Of a DNA stretch of 64,000 nt, positions 36,794-48,242 are shown piece after piece. The first letter of the stretch is position 1. The number at the start of each line of letters is the position of its first letter. The stretch covers positions 3,153,675 to 3,217,674 of the forward strand of contig CAJINV010000001.1 of the NCBI GenBank assembly GCA_905178155.1, given 5' to 3'. The notes beneath the pieces were generated by a model, which did no database searches, was not told where the DNA came from, and worked only from the letters and a program-made list of their open reading frames with translations. The DNA is from Amoebophrya sp. A120. Its lineage: Eukaryota; Protista; Dinoflagellata. A program made the translations under genes and the position numbers.

Positions 36794-38168
36794 TCACATC
36801 GCGATTTTTGCCGCTTTCGCCAGCGCCACGATCTCCTTGTCGCTGCGCCATTCTGCTGGAAGTTGCTCAAGTTTCGTGAGGTCCTCGATAGTACTGCCAT
36901 TTGCCGCTTTCTTGCGTAGCAGCCGTTTCATCATCTCCCTCGCGTCTTGCGGCGGGCTTTCTCTGTTTCTCCATCTCAGCGTTTCCACCGCTTTCGCCAC
37001 AAGGACGTCGCGAAGTGTTTTTGCCTCAACAAGTTCGCCGTCCTCAGTTCGAAGTGTGTCGAAAAACCAGTTGCGACGAAGGAACGGGTCCCTCATTAGG
37101 GCCACACCCTCCTCCACCACACGCGCCTGCAGAAGAGGCAGCCGAAACGTTGTAATCTTCCTGACAGTGGACGACGACGTGGACGAGTTCTTTCCATGTT
37201 GCCCAATCGCATTCTCGAGTGCCGTCCGGAACTTGAAGCAGGTAAGTCTGATTTTTTCCCTCCAATCGTATAGTGCGGGTGCGCTGCTGTAGTCTAAATC
37301 CGCCCCTCGACCACCAAATCGACCTGGTACGTTGAGTAACTGCATCCGATGCTCCACATCGAACAAAAACGCCGCTAGAAAGCGGAGTTCGGAATCCTTT
37401 TGTTCCTCTCGACCGTTATTTTTCCAAACTTCGTCTTCGACGTCTCTAGTCCGAACTTTTTTCCCAACATTTTCCGCAGTCTGCTCCCACTTCGCATGAT
37501 AGGCCCGCTCCAGCAGCGACGATGCCTTATTGTGGAACAGGCTCCTGTCAGAATTGGACGAATCCAGACCAGTGTCACAAGTCCTCTTGTGCGCAGCAAT
37601 CGTTTCCAACGCTTCCTGCGCTTTGTAGTCGGTGGAGTCCGCAACGTTGCCCGAGGATACCTTTATGATCTGCTCAAAGAAGCCCCTGGTGTTCGGGCTC
37701 GTGTACCATCTTTTCTTTGCTGGTTTTTTGGCTTTCGGCTTGGGTTCGGCTTTCGCTTTCCCTTTGATCGATGTCTTGATCGAAGTCTGCGTACCGCTAG
37801 TACTTCCCGTGAGGGTACTAGAACTGCTCGCACCCTTATTCAAGAAAAAAACACCATCACAATCACTTTTGCACATTTTTGCAATACAAAAAATTTTGTC
37901 ATGCGCAAAAATGCATCACAGTCAAGACTTATACGCGATTTCCCTTTGTGTTTTTGCAATACAAGAAAAATTTGTCATGCGAGACAAATTTCTGATGCAA
38001 AACCTCCCAAGTGTGATTGTGATGGTGTTTTTTTCTTGCATAACCCTCCGCAACAGGCACAGAACCGCCCTTCTTCGCGCGGACGCCACCACGTCCCTTC
38101 GCCTTCGGCACGGCAGCGGAAGTGGCGAAGAACGCCTGTGTCGTCGCTAACCCGATCCAGAGCAGCAT
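36794..38168 (-). CDS. Hypothetical signal-peptide protein, probable retrogene, interrupted by one introner
   Basis: MLLWIGLATTQAFFA...PVAEG joins ASSSSTLT... in frame after removing 37837-38042 plus one DR. Confidence 0.8.
37837..38042. mobile_element. Introner (206 bp, DR ACCCT)
   Basis: TATTCAAGAAAAAAACACCATCACAATCAC / GTGATTGTGATGGTGTTTTTTTCTTGCATA; ACCCT at 37832-37836 and 38043-38047. Confidence 0.95.
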
Positions 38169-38270
38169 CCTCAGACTAAGATTGGATTGTTTAGTCCGTT
38201 TAAGAAATTGGTGATGTTGATCTAGAAAGCGAAGCGGTGGAAAAACTAGTATACGTAAAAAGTCCTATTC

Positions 38271-38291
38271 CTTGAGTCAAGATGGCTACGG
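38271..38291 (-). other. Relict dinoflagellate/perkinsid spliced leader
   Basis: Minus strand CCGTAGCCATCTTGACTCAAG vs DinoSL CCGTAGCCATTTTGGCTCAAG (19/21); not followed by GT; about 100 nt upstream of the ATG. Confidence 0.9.
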
Positions 38292-38321
38292 GATTGATAG
38301 GCCTAGGAAATGAAATCTAAA

Positions 38322-38710
38322 CGGGAGTGTAAAAAAATTTTGCACGGTCGCAAACGCAATGCGAACTAACAAGAGATCGTGCTTTGCTAAAACTTGTTTG
38401 ATGTGTTGGCTCGGGGCGAGATTTCTCGGTTCACAAATGCTTCCTGGCGTTCGAAATAGCCTAGTTCTTCAGTCGCGAGTTCATACAACTTCCTCGTCTT
38501 CATTACATAATTGTCCAAAATCTTCCCAGTGACAAAATTACTGCGCAGCGTCCTTCCAGAAAAAACAGATCGAGCTGTGTCCCTCTGACTCCGAGGCATC
38601 GACAACACAAGCAAAAAAGATCTGTTAGGCGATGTGATCCAGGGATCGCGTTCGTGAGACCACAATCCAGGTCGAGCAGGCACTTGGAATTGGAATTCGG
38701 AGGATAGGGT
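38322..38710. repeat. Non-coding upstream block, copy 2
   Basis: Colinear with 35491-35920. Confidence 0.9.
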
Positions 38711-39163
38711 CGGGGTCACGTTGTGAAATAAAAATGACTTCTTCTTCTTCTTCACGCAGCACAGTTGTAGCTGTAAATCAACAATAAGCTCGATTTTTTA
38801 GTTCGACATCTTCGCCGTAGTTTTTGCGAACTGGCGAAAAATTGAAACAAGTCGTACTGAGTCACAATTCGGTTCATCGGAAAGACTCCTAATATGTTCA
38901 AGTTCATGCTAAAAAGCGCATAACGATGGAGTGAAACGACTGCTCATGATCCGTTTCGAAACTACTGAAATTCAAGTTCATGATTAGCAATATACATATG
39001 AATTCTGTTTTGCACAGCTTCGTCAAATCTTTCAAAACAAGAGCTACTACTTGTACTTCTACTAGTTTTCATTATTTCGTTTTTGTATCTATCAGTATTG
39101 TAGACTTTTGACTGTTTCCTGCTCGACACTAGTGCATATTTTATATGCTAGTGAAAAACTTAC

Positions 39164-42100
39164 TTAGACCAAACTTCCTCTTTTTGGCTGGCTGAGGTTT
39201 TCCACCTCCGACGTTCTGACGGCCCAGGAGGTTCTTGCGGTGTCCTCCTTCATCTCCTCTCCCGCATCCATGTCTAGATCCCCAGTAGTTGTACTATTTC
39301 GCATCTCCGCCTCGACGGCACGCCCCAGCCCCTGCGACCCGCTCATCCGCCGCGCGCTGGTCCTGTTCTCGTGGGAGGTGGTTCGCGACGCTTGGCCACC
39401 AGCAGTTTTGACGTAGTTCGCGACCATGGATTGCAATTTGGCGTTTACCCACGTCCGCAGCAGCACGTGCATTTCCAGCAGCTTGGTGGCCGTTTCCCGC
39501 CGGGTGCTGGATTTTCGCCGCAACTCTTCGTGCACGACCTTCACGCAGGGCAGCATCCGCTCCACCCGCGACATCCGCTCGCGGTCCTCGAAAAGGTCCA
39601 GTTCCGAGTCCCCGCCCTGCGAATTGTTGTAGTCGCTGTAGTCCGACATCAGGTCCGCGTCCTCGGAAACGGAATTCTGCGAGTTCCGCGTTGCCCAGCC
39701 AAACCGCTCGGTGTGGGTTACCTTGGTGTTTTCAATGGTTTTTGTTCGGTACTGGAGAATGGAGCAAGTCCATCGTGGTAATGAAGTATATTTAGGTTTC
39801 AACTTGCTGCGTCGCCATGTAGTTGTGTTTGATAGAAGTCGTGCAAATAAACACAGCCCCGGATGATGAATTCGAGTCTCCTCCTCGTGGTCGTACTATC
39901 GGACAGATAAAACCAGACCTCCGCACATGCTGAAGTAAAAAACTCATTACCAGGACACTACTTAATACCTCACACCCCGCCACTCGGTTTATCAGCTTCG
40001 CGAGCCAAACCACCAGTTTGGGACGAAAGGCCGCGACCCGTGCAGCCGCTTCAATGTGCGTCTCCAGGCCGTGCTCAACGTGCGCGAGGGTATCCTTCAA
40101 CCCGGGACAAGCCGCCAGAAGCTGTTGCCGCCTGGTTGTTTACGGAGTTAAAGAATGAGGAAAGCGTTAGTGAAAATGTGATGAACGAGATGCTGTGATA
40201 GAGTGGAAAAGGCATCATCATCGTGTGAACCACAATGCTGCGGTCTTTTACTTATCTATGCGCTTGTGCAAGACAAATACCTTCCCTCATCGTGGACAAG
40301 CTCGTGCAGGTCGATGTCCTTGTCATGCAACTCAACCATGCTGCTGATGTCGTCCAATTGCACTAAAACGCTCTGCTTGCCGCGCGTTGCGCGCGCGGAT
40401 CCGGGGGTAGAGGGCCTGAAAAGTTATTGTCTTATACCCGCCAAGAGGAAGCAATGCTTCCGAAGCATGCTACATGCTCCATAGGTATTTTTGCAAACAG
40501 ACACGTACAAAACTAATACACACGCAAATCATAGATTGATAGATTGTGATACAATTGCCCGAAGGCAGCATTCCCTCCGGAGACCGTGGTGCGGTGGCCT
40601 GTTTTCCGTCGCACGCTTGCGCGTCCTGACACCGGCTGCGAACTCCGGGCACCATCGTAGCTGGCCAACATGCTCCTGCATTAGCATTCAGAAGGGATAA
40701 CGATCATTCATGTGTTTGTCGCGCTCGCGGCTGTGGTCTTGTACAATCGTCGTAGTTCTTGATCGATCTCAACAAGAAGAACAAGCAAAAAAAGAAAAAC
40801 AAATCGATCGCTTTTCCCAAAAAACACTGCTTACTTGTGCCTGCCCTGTCTCGTTGTACCCACCTGACCAGCCGCCGCCGCCGAGGGCACTAGTGACAGC
40901 CGAACCCTTTGCGCCGAGTTCGGAGTCGCTTCCTCGCCCCCAGGTAAGACCAGCCTCGCACCAACGCCAGAAGTTTTATGAGAACTACCACCGCCCCCGG
41001 GACTTGCAGGTGCAATCGCACCGCCGGTAGTTGTAGTTGTCGTCTTTACTATGCTAATACCGCTTGTTTGCTCGTCCTTGCTTCCTATCGATTGCAAAAG
41101 TGTCTGGGTCTGGAAGAATACAAGATTTGCGATGCAGGTTTTCCAGATACCATGGCTGATGGCACTTAGGATGAAGGGGGCAGTCCTCAACCAATACACA
41201 TTGGAAGAGGGGACCCCAACCCCCTGGGGGTGAAGAATCGAGGGTGGCATTGACCTACAGAAAAATGATCAACGATCAAAAATCCGCAGGCGAGAACGGG
41301 AAGGATCTTTTCAGACACCGACCCAAATCCTCTGCCAACCACTTCCCTCGATTTCACAAACTTCACTGCCGCGACGCAAGCGAAGCTGACAGGAAGACCC
41401 CGGCCACCCTTCCTCACGACCGAATTCCGAGAGGGATAAATAGTCCCCTCAGATTAGACGGAAGCGAAGGCATAGTCCCGGGGGGCAAGAAGGAATGCTC
41501 CCCCACGCCCTGAAAGCCTGGAAGGCAGACAGGGTGCTCAACTGTGCATAGTGGTTAGCACGAAGAGCTAGGGACGTGAGAGACACCGCGACGCACAACA
41601 ACCCGACCAGGTAACCCAACACTCTCCGCCTCGAGAGCCCGGGGACCAGACAGTTGTGGCAGCAAAATGAGGAAATGCCAGACGACAAGTCGTCAGCAAC
41701 GCCAAGTCATCACCAGCCAACACAGCAAACAGGGACCAGGGGAGCCAGATAGCCAACTGACACACAGCTGGGGGGAAGGCTGAATGAGAGCGCACCGTCC
41801 AAACTGACGAGAGGCCCACAAACTCCAACCCGCACCTGAAACCCGAGAGAGCGGCCCAGACCCCTGAGAGCAGCGAAGACCTGAGCAGAGCCCAAGCAAC
41901 AACGAGGCGCCCCATCTACCCATCCTGACTCCTGCCGGTGGCGAAGACGCTCCAAAGTCAGAGCATCCATCAACGGGAATTTCCGACAGAGGTTAATCAA
42001 CGACAGCACGAGGTTGAGGGCGTGCGGGCTCTTGGAGGAAAAGCCAGCGGTATGAGGAAACCAACATCGTAACAGAGAGAGTCGCGACATGGGCCTGGAA

Positions 42101-45100
42101 GAGCACGCACTGAAACGACCCGAGAGGACAAGAAGATGCCTTCGGTCACCGCGACCAGCAGACCCGCAGCTCGTTCAAAGAAACATCGCTTCGGAGTGAC
42201 GAAGGCCGCACTTCACAGCCGATCCCCGCTGACGGCAAAACTCGAGCTGGAACTCGCTGGCGGAAGAAGAATCGCGTCGAACAAGCAGCGCGTCTCGCTC
42301 CACGCCACCAAGCTTGACCCGCATCAGACTCCCGGCCAAAGAGGGTGAGGAGCGTCCGAAAGCAGCCCGACCACCGCGACGTCGGAGGACGCGAGATCCG
42401 AAGACGCTGCACACCGCGCTAGCAGCACCACCTACTGCACGCCGGCGCCGCTACAAGTACAACATGCACCACGTTAAAAACAGGCTTGGTAGAGCATCCC
42501 ACTGCGGCTTCGGCGTCGGGACGTCAGAAGGCCACGCTGCGAAGGAACCGGCGCACGGGGGACACCGAACGCCGCAGATGGGGCGCCGCTATCACAGCTG
42601 ATGGAGTGGTCCGCGCACTGACACAGATGGGTCAGCCCCGGTGCCCCCGGCAAGAAAAACAGATCGATGAAGACATCCCGAGCACCATCTTCGTATTCAT
42701 CCCGTCAACACCACCACCACCTCCACCATTGAGCCTCAAGACCCGCCCGCACCGAGAACAGACTGCGCAGCACGCTAGACACCACGACTCGTGGCCAGAG
42801 ACGGACATCTTCGTTCCACCACTATGAAGGTCGCGCTCGGAGGGCAGGTCGCCGCTATTAAAGTCGCACGCACTTCGCAGGAACCGGCCAGCGGGGGACT
42901 CCGAACACCGCAAAAGGGGCGCCGCTATCAAAGCTGAAGGTTTGGTCCGCGCACTGACACCGAAGGGTCAGCCCCGGAGCCCCCGGCAAGAAAAGAGATG
43001 AAGACAGCCCAGAATCCCGCGCCGTATCATGTAAGAGCCACGCATTGCCGCTACCAGCGCAGCCGTTGCGACACACCTGAGGTCAGTAATATCGCATCAC
43101 GTTTGTTTCCATGAGGAAAAAGGCCAAAACCAATCTGCTACCACAACAGAACCCAAAGGAAAACCGAGAGACACAATAAAAGTATAAAGTTGGTGTTGGA
43201 GAGAGAGAAGGCGCTATGGACTTATTAGAGCGGGGTAACAAAGCTCCCATAAGAAGTTACCGGCTAACTTCTCATCCACCCGGCCGGGTGGATGAGAAGT
43301 TAGCCGCAGCGAGACCCAGCAGGTCTGGAATGCGAGACCCAGCATGACAAAGATTGAGGTCTCTATCATGCCTTTTCTGCATGAGAAACTCCCTCTCAAC
43401 TTGGTCAAAAGCGGACAGCTTTTGGCACTCACGCAACACAGATTTTTGCATCATTTAGGTTTAGCATGACAAGTTCTAATCTTCCAGACCCAGACATTTG
43501 TGCAGTTGATACTTCCTTCTTGATACGACGTCGTGTGGTCCCCGCTCTCGTCCTCAACATCGTCAGCCGAAAAGTTGTCCACCGCGTCCGCGGGCAGGTA
43601 TCAAATGTAAAAGTGTCTGGGTCTGGAAACTTGTGATGCTGGGTGGCGTCTCATGATGAGGCCAGAAATGCTGGCTCAGCATCACAAGTTTCTCAGCTTC
43701 TAGGTGTTGCCTATTCTGCATGACAAACTGCGTTTCTGCATCACAGAAAAATGTAGCTCTTGGGTAACTTGCATGACATTGGTGGTCTACGGGCAGGACG
43801 TCCCGGTGGCACGAAAGCCGATAGTACAAGTTACTATAAACATGTAAAAAAATATAATATAAAACGAGAAAAAACATGTTTATCAGAGTTATGAGTTGAA
43901 GGAGGATTACCTTGCTATGCACCTCGAGGGAGGACTTGTCTTGGGTAACTTGTCTTGGGTAACTTGCATGACAGATTTAAGAGTCATGCCAGACAAGCAT
44001 GACAAACATGCATTCTTCCAGACCCAGACATTTTTACATTTGATAGGAGGAGTGCACTCGCAACAATGGTCACCTTTTTCGCCGGTGTGTTGGGACTCGA
44101 GGCGCCGCTGTTTATCTTCGGGCTCGTCGCGGAAGTTAGTACGGAAGGATCCTTAATATCTGCTTGTTTGTTGCAGCTCGCGGCGGACGTTTGCCTGCTG
44201 GTGCTGCTGCTGGTGTGTTGGTCCACTCCGAGAACTCCGGTGGTCGTTGTATCTATTGTGAGGGACGAACAAACTGGTGCACCTGGAGCGGTGGTACTAC
44301 TAGCTCCCTGTGTAGCTGCTGCTGCTGCATTTGACGTAGCTAAAAACGTCGTCCCCACATTCGACACGGGTTCCACATCGCCGAGGGCCCGAACGGAACT
44401 TTTCGCGGTCTCGCTTGATGTCTCCGGATGCTGCATGCCTCTAGGATCATCTTTCTCATTCTTTGACAAGCTCGGTGCAGTACTTGCTGCTCCTGCATCT
44501 TCGGACATCATGTTGACAGCACACTTGCCGGGCGGCGGGTCAGTGACTGCTTTTTCAAAATCTTCTCGTCCGGCTTTTTCTATTATAACAGCAGCTCCGT
44601 GGTCTCCTTCTTTGCCCGTGATGTCGGCTCTCGTGTGGTCCTGTCCCTCCTGTGCTGTTGTGCCAGTAGTTGCGCCTCCTGCACCCGAAAGACTGCTCGA
44701 CACTGTGGGTCCCCCTGCTTTACCAAAAATATCACTTCCTTTCCCCACCGAAGTAGATCCAGCCACTGCAACTCCCTTGTTCAACATTCCGTCCTTCCCC
44801 ACACGAGACGGCTTTGAGGACCCCGTTGTAGCAGCTCCTGCCCCCCCGCTGTGGCGCTTGTGCCGCGGCGAGCTGCTGCTGCTTGCTGCTTCCGTCGGAG
44901 GACTTGGCTTCGCGCCGCTCGGCGAGACAGGTACAACTAGATCGCCACCACTGGGAGGCCCTCCAGGTGCAGTTCCTGCGGTAGTTGTGGCTGTTTGCTT
45001 CGCGCCACTTGTCGGCGTCTGCGGTTGCCCTACTACCCGAGACACCATATCCTTACTCGTTCCGACCGTTTGCAGCAGGGTCGTGGAGTCCGCAGCTGCA

Positions 45101-45411
45101 GCCGCCGTCTTTGCCTCTGAAAATGAGCCTCCTGTTCTTTTTGCTGAGGCACTACTTGTTGCTCCTCTAGCTGTTGCAGCAGCTGGAGCTCCTCCTGCAC
45201 CAGCATCATCTTCGCGGGCGTCCTTCGCGGGCGGTAATTTAGTCGGCGAAGTTGCGGACGAGGATGCGGTACCAGCAGTATTGTTCGCAGCATTCTTATT
45301 TGGCGTCACGCCGCTGGAAGAGGCTCCTGCGCCTGTCGAGGCACTGTTGGTAACAACGCCATCGAAGCTCCCCTTCTTCTTCGCGGGAGAAGACGTGAGT
45401 TTCGGCAGCAT
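39164..45411 (-). CDS. Multi-exon hypothetical low-complexity protein hosting two family-A introners and several canonical introns
   Basis: ...VASALL-PADAVDNFSADDVEDESGDHTTSYQEGS-KDEQTSG... is in frame across 43599-44045 and 41086-43511. Downstream GT-AG-flanked exons (SMLASYDG..., PLPPDPRATRG..., RQQLLAACPGLK...) appear to lead to ORF 39164-39802; those junctions are less certain. Confidence 0.65.
42556..42985 (-). repeat. Two 94-nt direct repeats (42556-42649, 42892-42985), candidate structured RNA
   Basis: 11 differences between copies, including a compensatory A-U/U-A pair in the closing stem. Confidence 0.6.
43261..43306. repeat. Perfect 46-bp loopless palindrome
   Basis: CGGCTAACTTCTCATCCACCCGG|CCGGGTGGATGAGAAGTTAGCCG. 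Confidence 0.95.
43599..44045. mobile_element. Family-A introner (447 bp, DR GCAGG/GGAGG), inverted near-copy of 49571-49822 with nested insert
   Basis: Matches the reverse complement of 49571-49822 apart from insert 43779-43952, which is flanked by duplicated TCTTGGGTAACTTGCATGACA. Confidence 0.95.
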
Positions 45412-46254
45412 CTTGTGCTTTGATTCGCTGCAGTGGGTGTGACAGTTAATACGGCTGGACCACAATCACACGATGAACGAGAGGACCAAGGAAATCAGAT
45501 TTGTTGGCCTAGTATTTATTAGTAAGTTCATCTACAAGGTTATACTGTCGCTAGGTACAGCAACCATGTATGGGAAGGGGATGGCGATGGATTGTAGTGG
45601 ACTATGATTGTTCGCCCTCCTTCTTCTGTATGTCCTTCAGCGAGTATTGTTATTGTATAGAAAGGGCATGAGTCAAAAAAGCATCGACCTAATCACTCCC
45701 GTCGTGGTGCGCGATGCAAGTTCCGCTCCGCTCTGGAAAGAAGTTTCGGCTAGTTCAGGTTTATCGCCGCTCCGTGAGAACCCTCGCTTTCGCAAAGGAG
45801 GTACGTTTCTGTTCGGGAATTCGATATTGTAAAAATTATTCTTGTACAGGGTGTATCCGTAGATGTTCCTATGTGGTGCATTTCAGTATTCTAAAATAGC
45901 AAAGTTACATGAATTGCTCTTTCATTTTCTACGCCTAATTTTGACACTTTACAACTCCTCAAAATGTTCCTTGTTAGTTTTGCTAATGGTAAATTTCAAA
46001 TGGTAACTGTCGACTTAAGGTCGCGTCAACGTGTAAAGAATGGTAAATTACTGATATCATTGGTAGCGTTTTCATTTTTGCTTCCGAATCATAATCATGT
46101 ATTGTCTCGTATTGTACATAGCGGTGGTGCAAGTAGTTTCACCTTAATTTTACAGAGGACCACGCACTTTTTTCACTTTCGGTTTCGACGTCTTCTTTTC
46201 GGTCCATAAATTTCCGTTGGAAAAATCATGCTCCGTCCCGTAGAAGCAGCTCTT

Positions 46255-47251
46255 CTATCGGAAGTTCGTAAAGATTCCCCCGTACGGAGCTCGACCGTAG
46301 CCCGGATTTGAGACTGGGTCGTGGAAGTCCCCCGTGTAGCCCGCTTTTGTCCATGGCCTTATTCTATCGTCCCACTTTGCACCGCCCGCACTACGCGCAG
46401 CGCCCCCGCCGGCCCCACACGTTTTGGTTTTCTCGAGCTGATAACCTAAGTAAACGTAAGGTAAACGATTTCTTACAATACATTCAATACCGATATTGGA
46501 TGTGAGTGTACATATCACGTGCGATGTTGAAATGCAATGCGTCAAGACTACGTCGACGGTGGCACGCGGCATCGATCTTCCCCTGTCGATACAAGAGTAA
46601 CTCGTAGACATAGAAGCGTTTTTACAGCACGGTATCGATACCACGATCAAACAAGCACCAGACACCATACCTTTATCTAGTTTGTCCATGAAATATCTCG
46701 CAACATTTGCTCTGGTCAGGGTTAGCTCTGGCTCTGGCTGCAACCACCTGGAAGTATTGACATTGAGGTAGGGCTTGGAGCTGCAGTGTAAGAATTTGAT
46801 GAACCGAATGCACAGCTCATTCTGCTCTTCAAAATATGGTTGGAGGTCCTGTTTGAGAGAGAGATCATTCATCATCATGCTGAAAAAAAATCGATGGTAG
46901 ATACGTATCTCTCTGCAGCAAGGTCGGTTTCATCGCGGAGTTGTGAAACTCGACGCGGCGAAAGGATTTCCTGCTTGGCCGCCTTGACACGGCGCAGTTG
47001 GGCACGGCGGCTGTTAATGGAGGCTTAAATCCCGGTCTCCTGTGCTCCGGTATTCTGTACAGCCGCTCATGGGCCTGATTTTGCGTCTCCTTCCTGGTGT
47101 CTCGCCGATACCAGGATTTGCCATCATCTCCTGCTCGTCTTGTGTGCGCACTGGCACTCCGGCTGGAGGTCGCCGGAGTGGCGGCCGTGGTGGGCATCTT
47201 CTGCTGCACAGGTAGAATTCTAGTTCCTTCCGCGTGAAGGGTCGTAGTCAT
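46255..47251 (-). CDS. Hypothetical protein, probably spliced; C-terminal GYGRAPYGGIF motif
   Basis: Adjacent ORFs 46865-47251 and 46255-46878 can be joined by GT-AG splicing; exon structure uncertain. Confidence 0.5.
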
Positions 47252-48242
47252 CTTGTTGTCGTGGGTCGTCCCCGTCGCGCCTGATGTAGTTTACTGTTGT
47301 GCTGTTCTTTTTCCTTTGGGTTCGATCGTCGTGAAATATTGCAGCGAAGGTGCGTCTGCTGTTCCTCGTTAAATAACGTGTTGATAGGTACCCGATGAGG
47401 AAAATGAATCACAACGCCACACTAAGACTTCTGTGCGTATCTAGAAATCTAGGTCCTCGCCGCTTGAAGATGCGAAGCCAACCCAGGACCTTTCCGACCG
47501 CTGTCACGGCGGGGGCGAAAGTACAGACGCAGACGTTAGCAAGGCACTATGGCTATGCTCGCCTTCGCGGCCAAGACAATTTTCTCGATTTCTGGCTAGG
47601 TGAAGATAATCTCCAAGAACGCTAAAGTTGCATGATCGTGAGTCCAGGGAAGGCAGATTAGCATCAGCCATTCAGTTTGAAACTGCTTATTGCACCAGGA
47701 AAGGCCAACCACCAAGAGATTGGCTCTCACACTCTCTCCCGTTCTCATGGAAATTAGCCTGACACTTTGGACCTTTAGCCCTGTGCTTGGATGCGCAGAA
47801 GGAAAAAAAGTAACAAAATCACACACGTAAATAGTTCTTTCACTCATTTCTCTGTGGGAGGTACACGCATTCCCATTGATCTCCTCGCAGGCAACAACTG
47901 ATAATTGGCATTGGTATTGATTATTGAAGTAAGTAGTAACAAACGCAACGACAGGCAAGAAGACAGCAGTACGGGATTCAGAACCCACAGCACAACCAGA
48001 AGCAGAACCCGACGCACGCAAAGCTTCACTTACCTTTGCCTGCGAGGGGGGAACAACTATCGTGAAGAGCACAACTAGTCTCCAGGAGGTCAAGTAGTTC
48101 ACAGATTATATCGGTTGCCCTCGCGTTATTCGCGTATGAAGTCGATGCGAAAAATATTAGCACTTCTTTGACAACAACTTCAGCGTGAAGAAGAAGAAAT
48201 AGCACAACTGCATGCCAATCCGAAATCACAAAAATGAGCAGC

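Larger units (their letters stand above)
41086..43511. mobile_element. Giant family-A introner (2426 bp, DR CTTCC) with about 2.2 kb nested insert
   Basis: TATCGATTGCAAAAGTGTCTGGGTCTGGAAGA / TCTTCCAGACCCAGACATTTGTGCAGTTGATA; CTTCC at 41081-41085 and 43512-43516. Confidence 0.9.

Noticed and set aside
41803-41842. Hammerhead ribozyme (CTGACGA core)
   Set aside because: No GAAA follows the putative stem II and stems I/III do not form.
41140-43318. Transposase or reverse transcriptase in the giant introner
   Set aside because: No long ORF and no DDE, YxDD or recombinase motif visible by eye; a profile search is still needed.
44066-45442. 458-aa plus-strand ORF and other long plus ORFs
   Set aside because: Antisense shadows of Ser/Thr/Ala-rich minus-strand genes with no recognisable domains.
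47596-48229. Short hydrophobic ORFs as a gene (also 55651-56099 and 21112-21659)
   Set aside because: No motifs and no consistent exon chain could be built.
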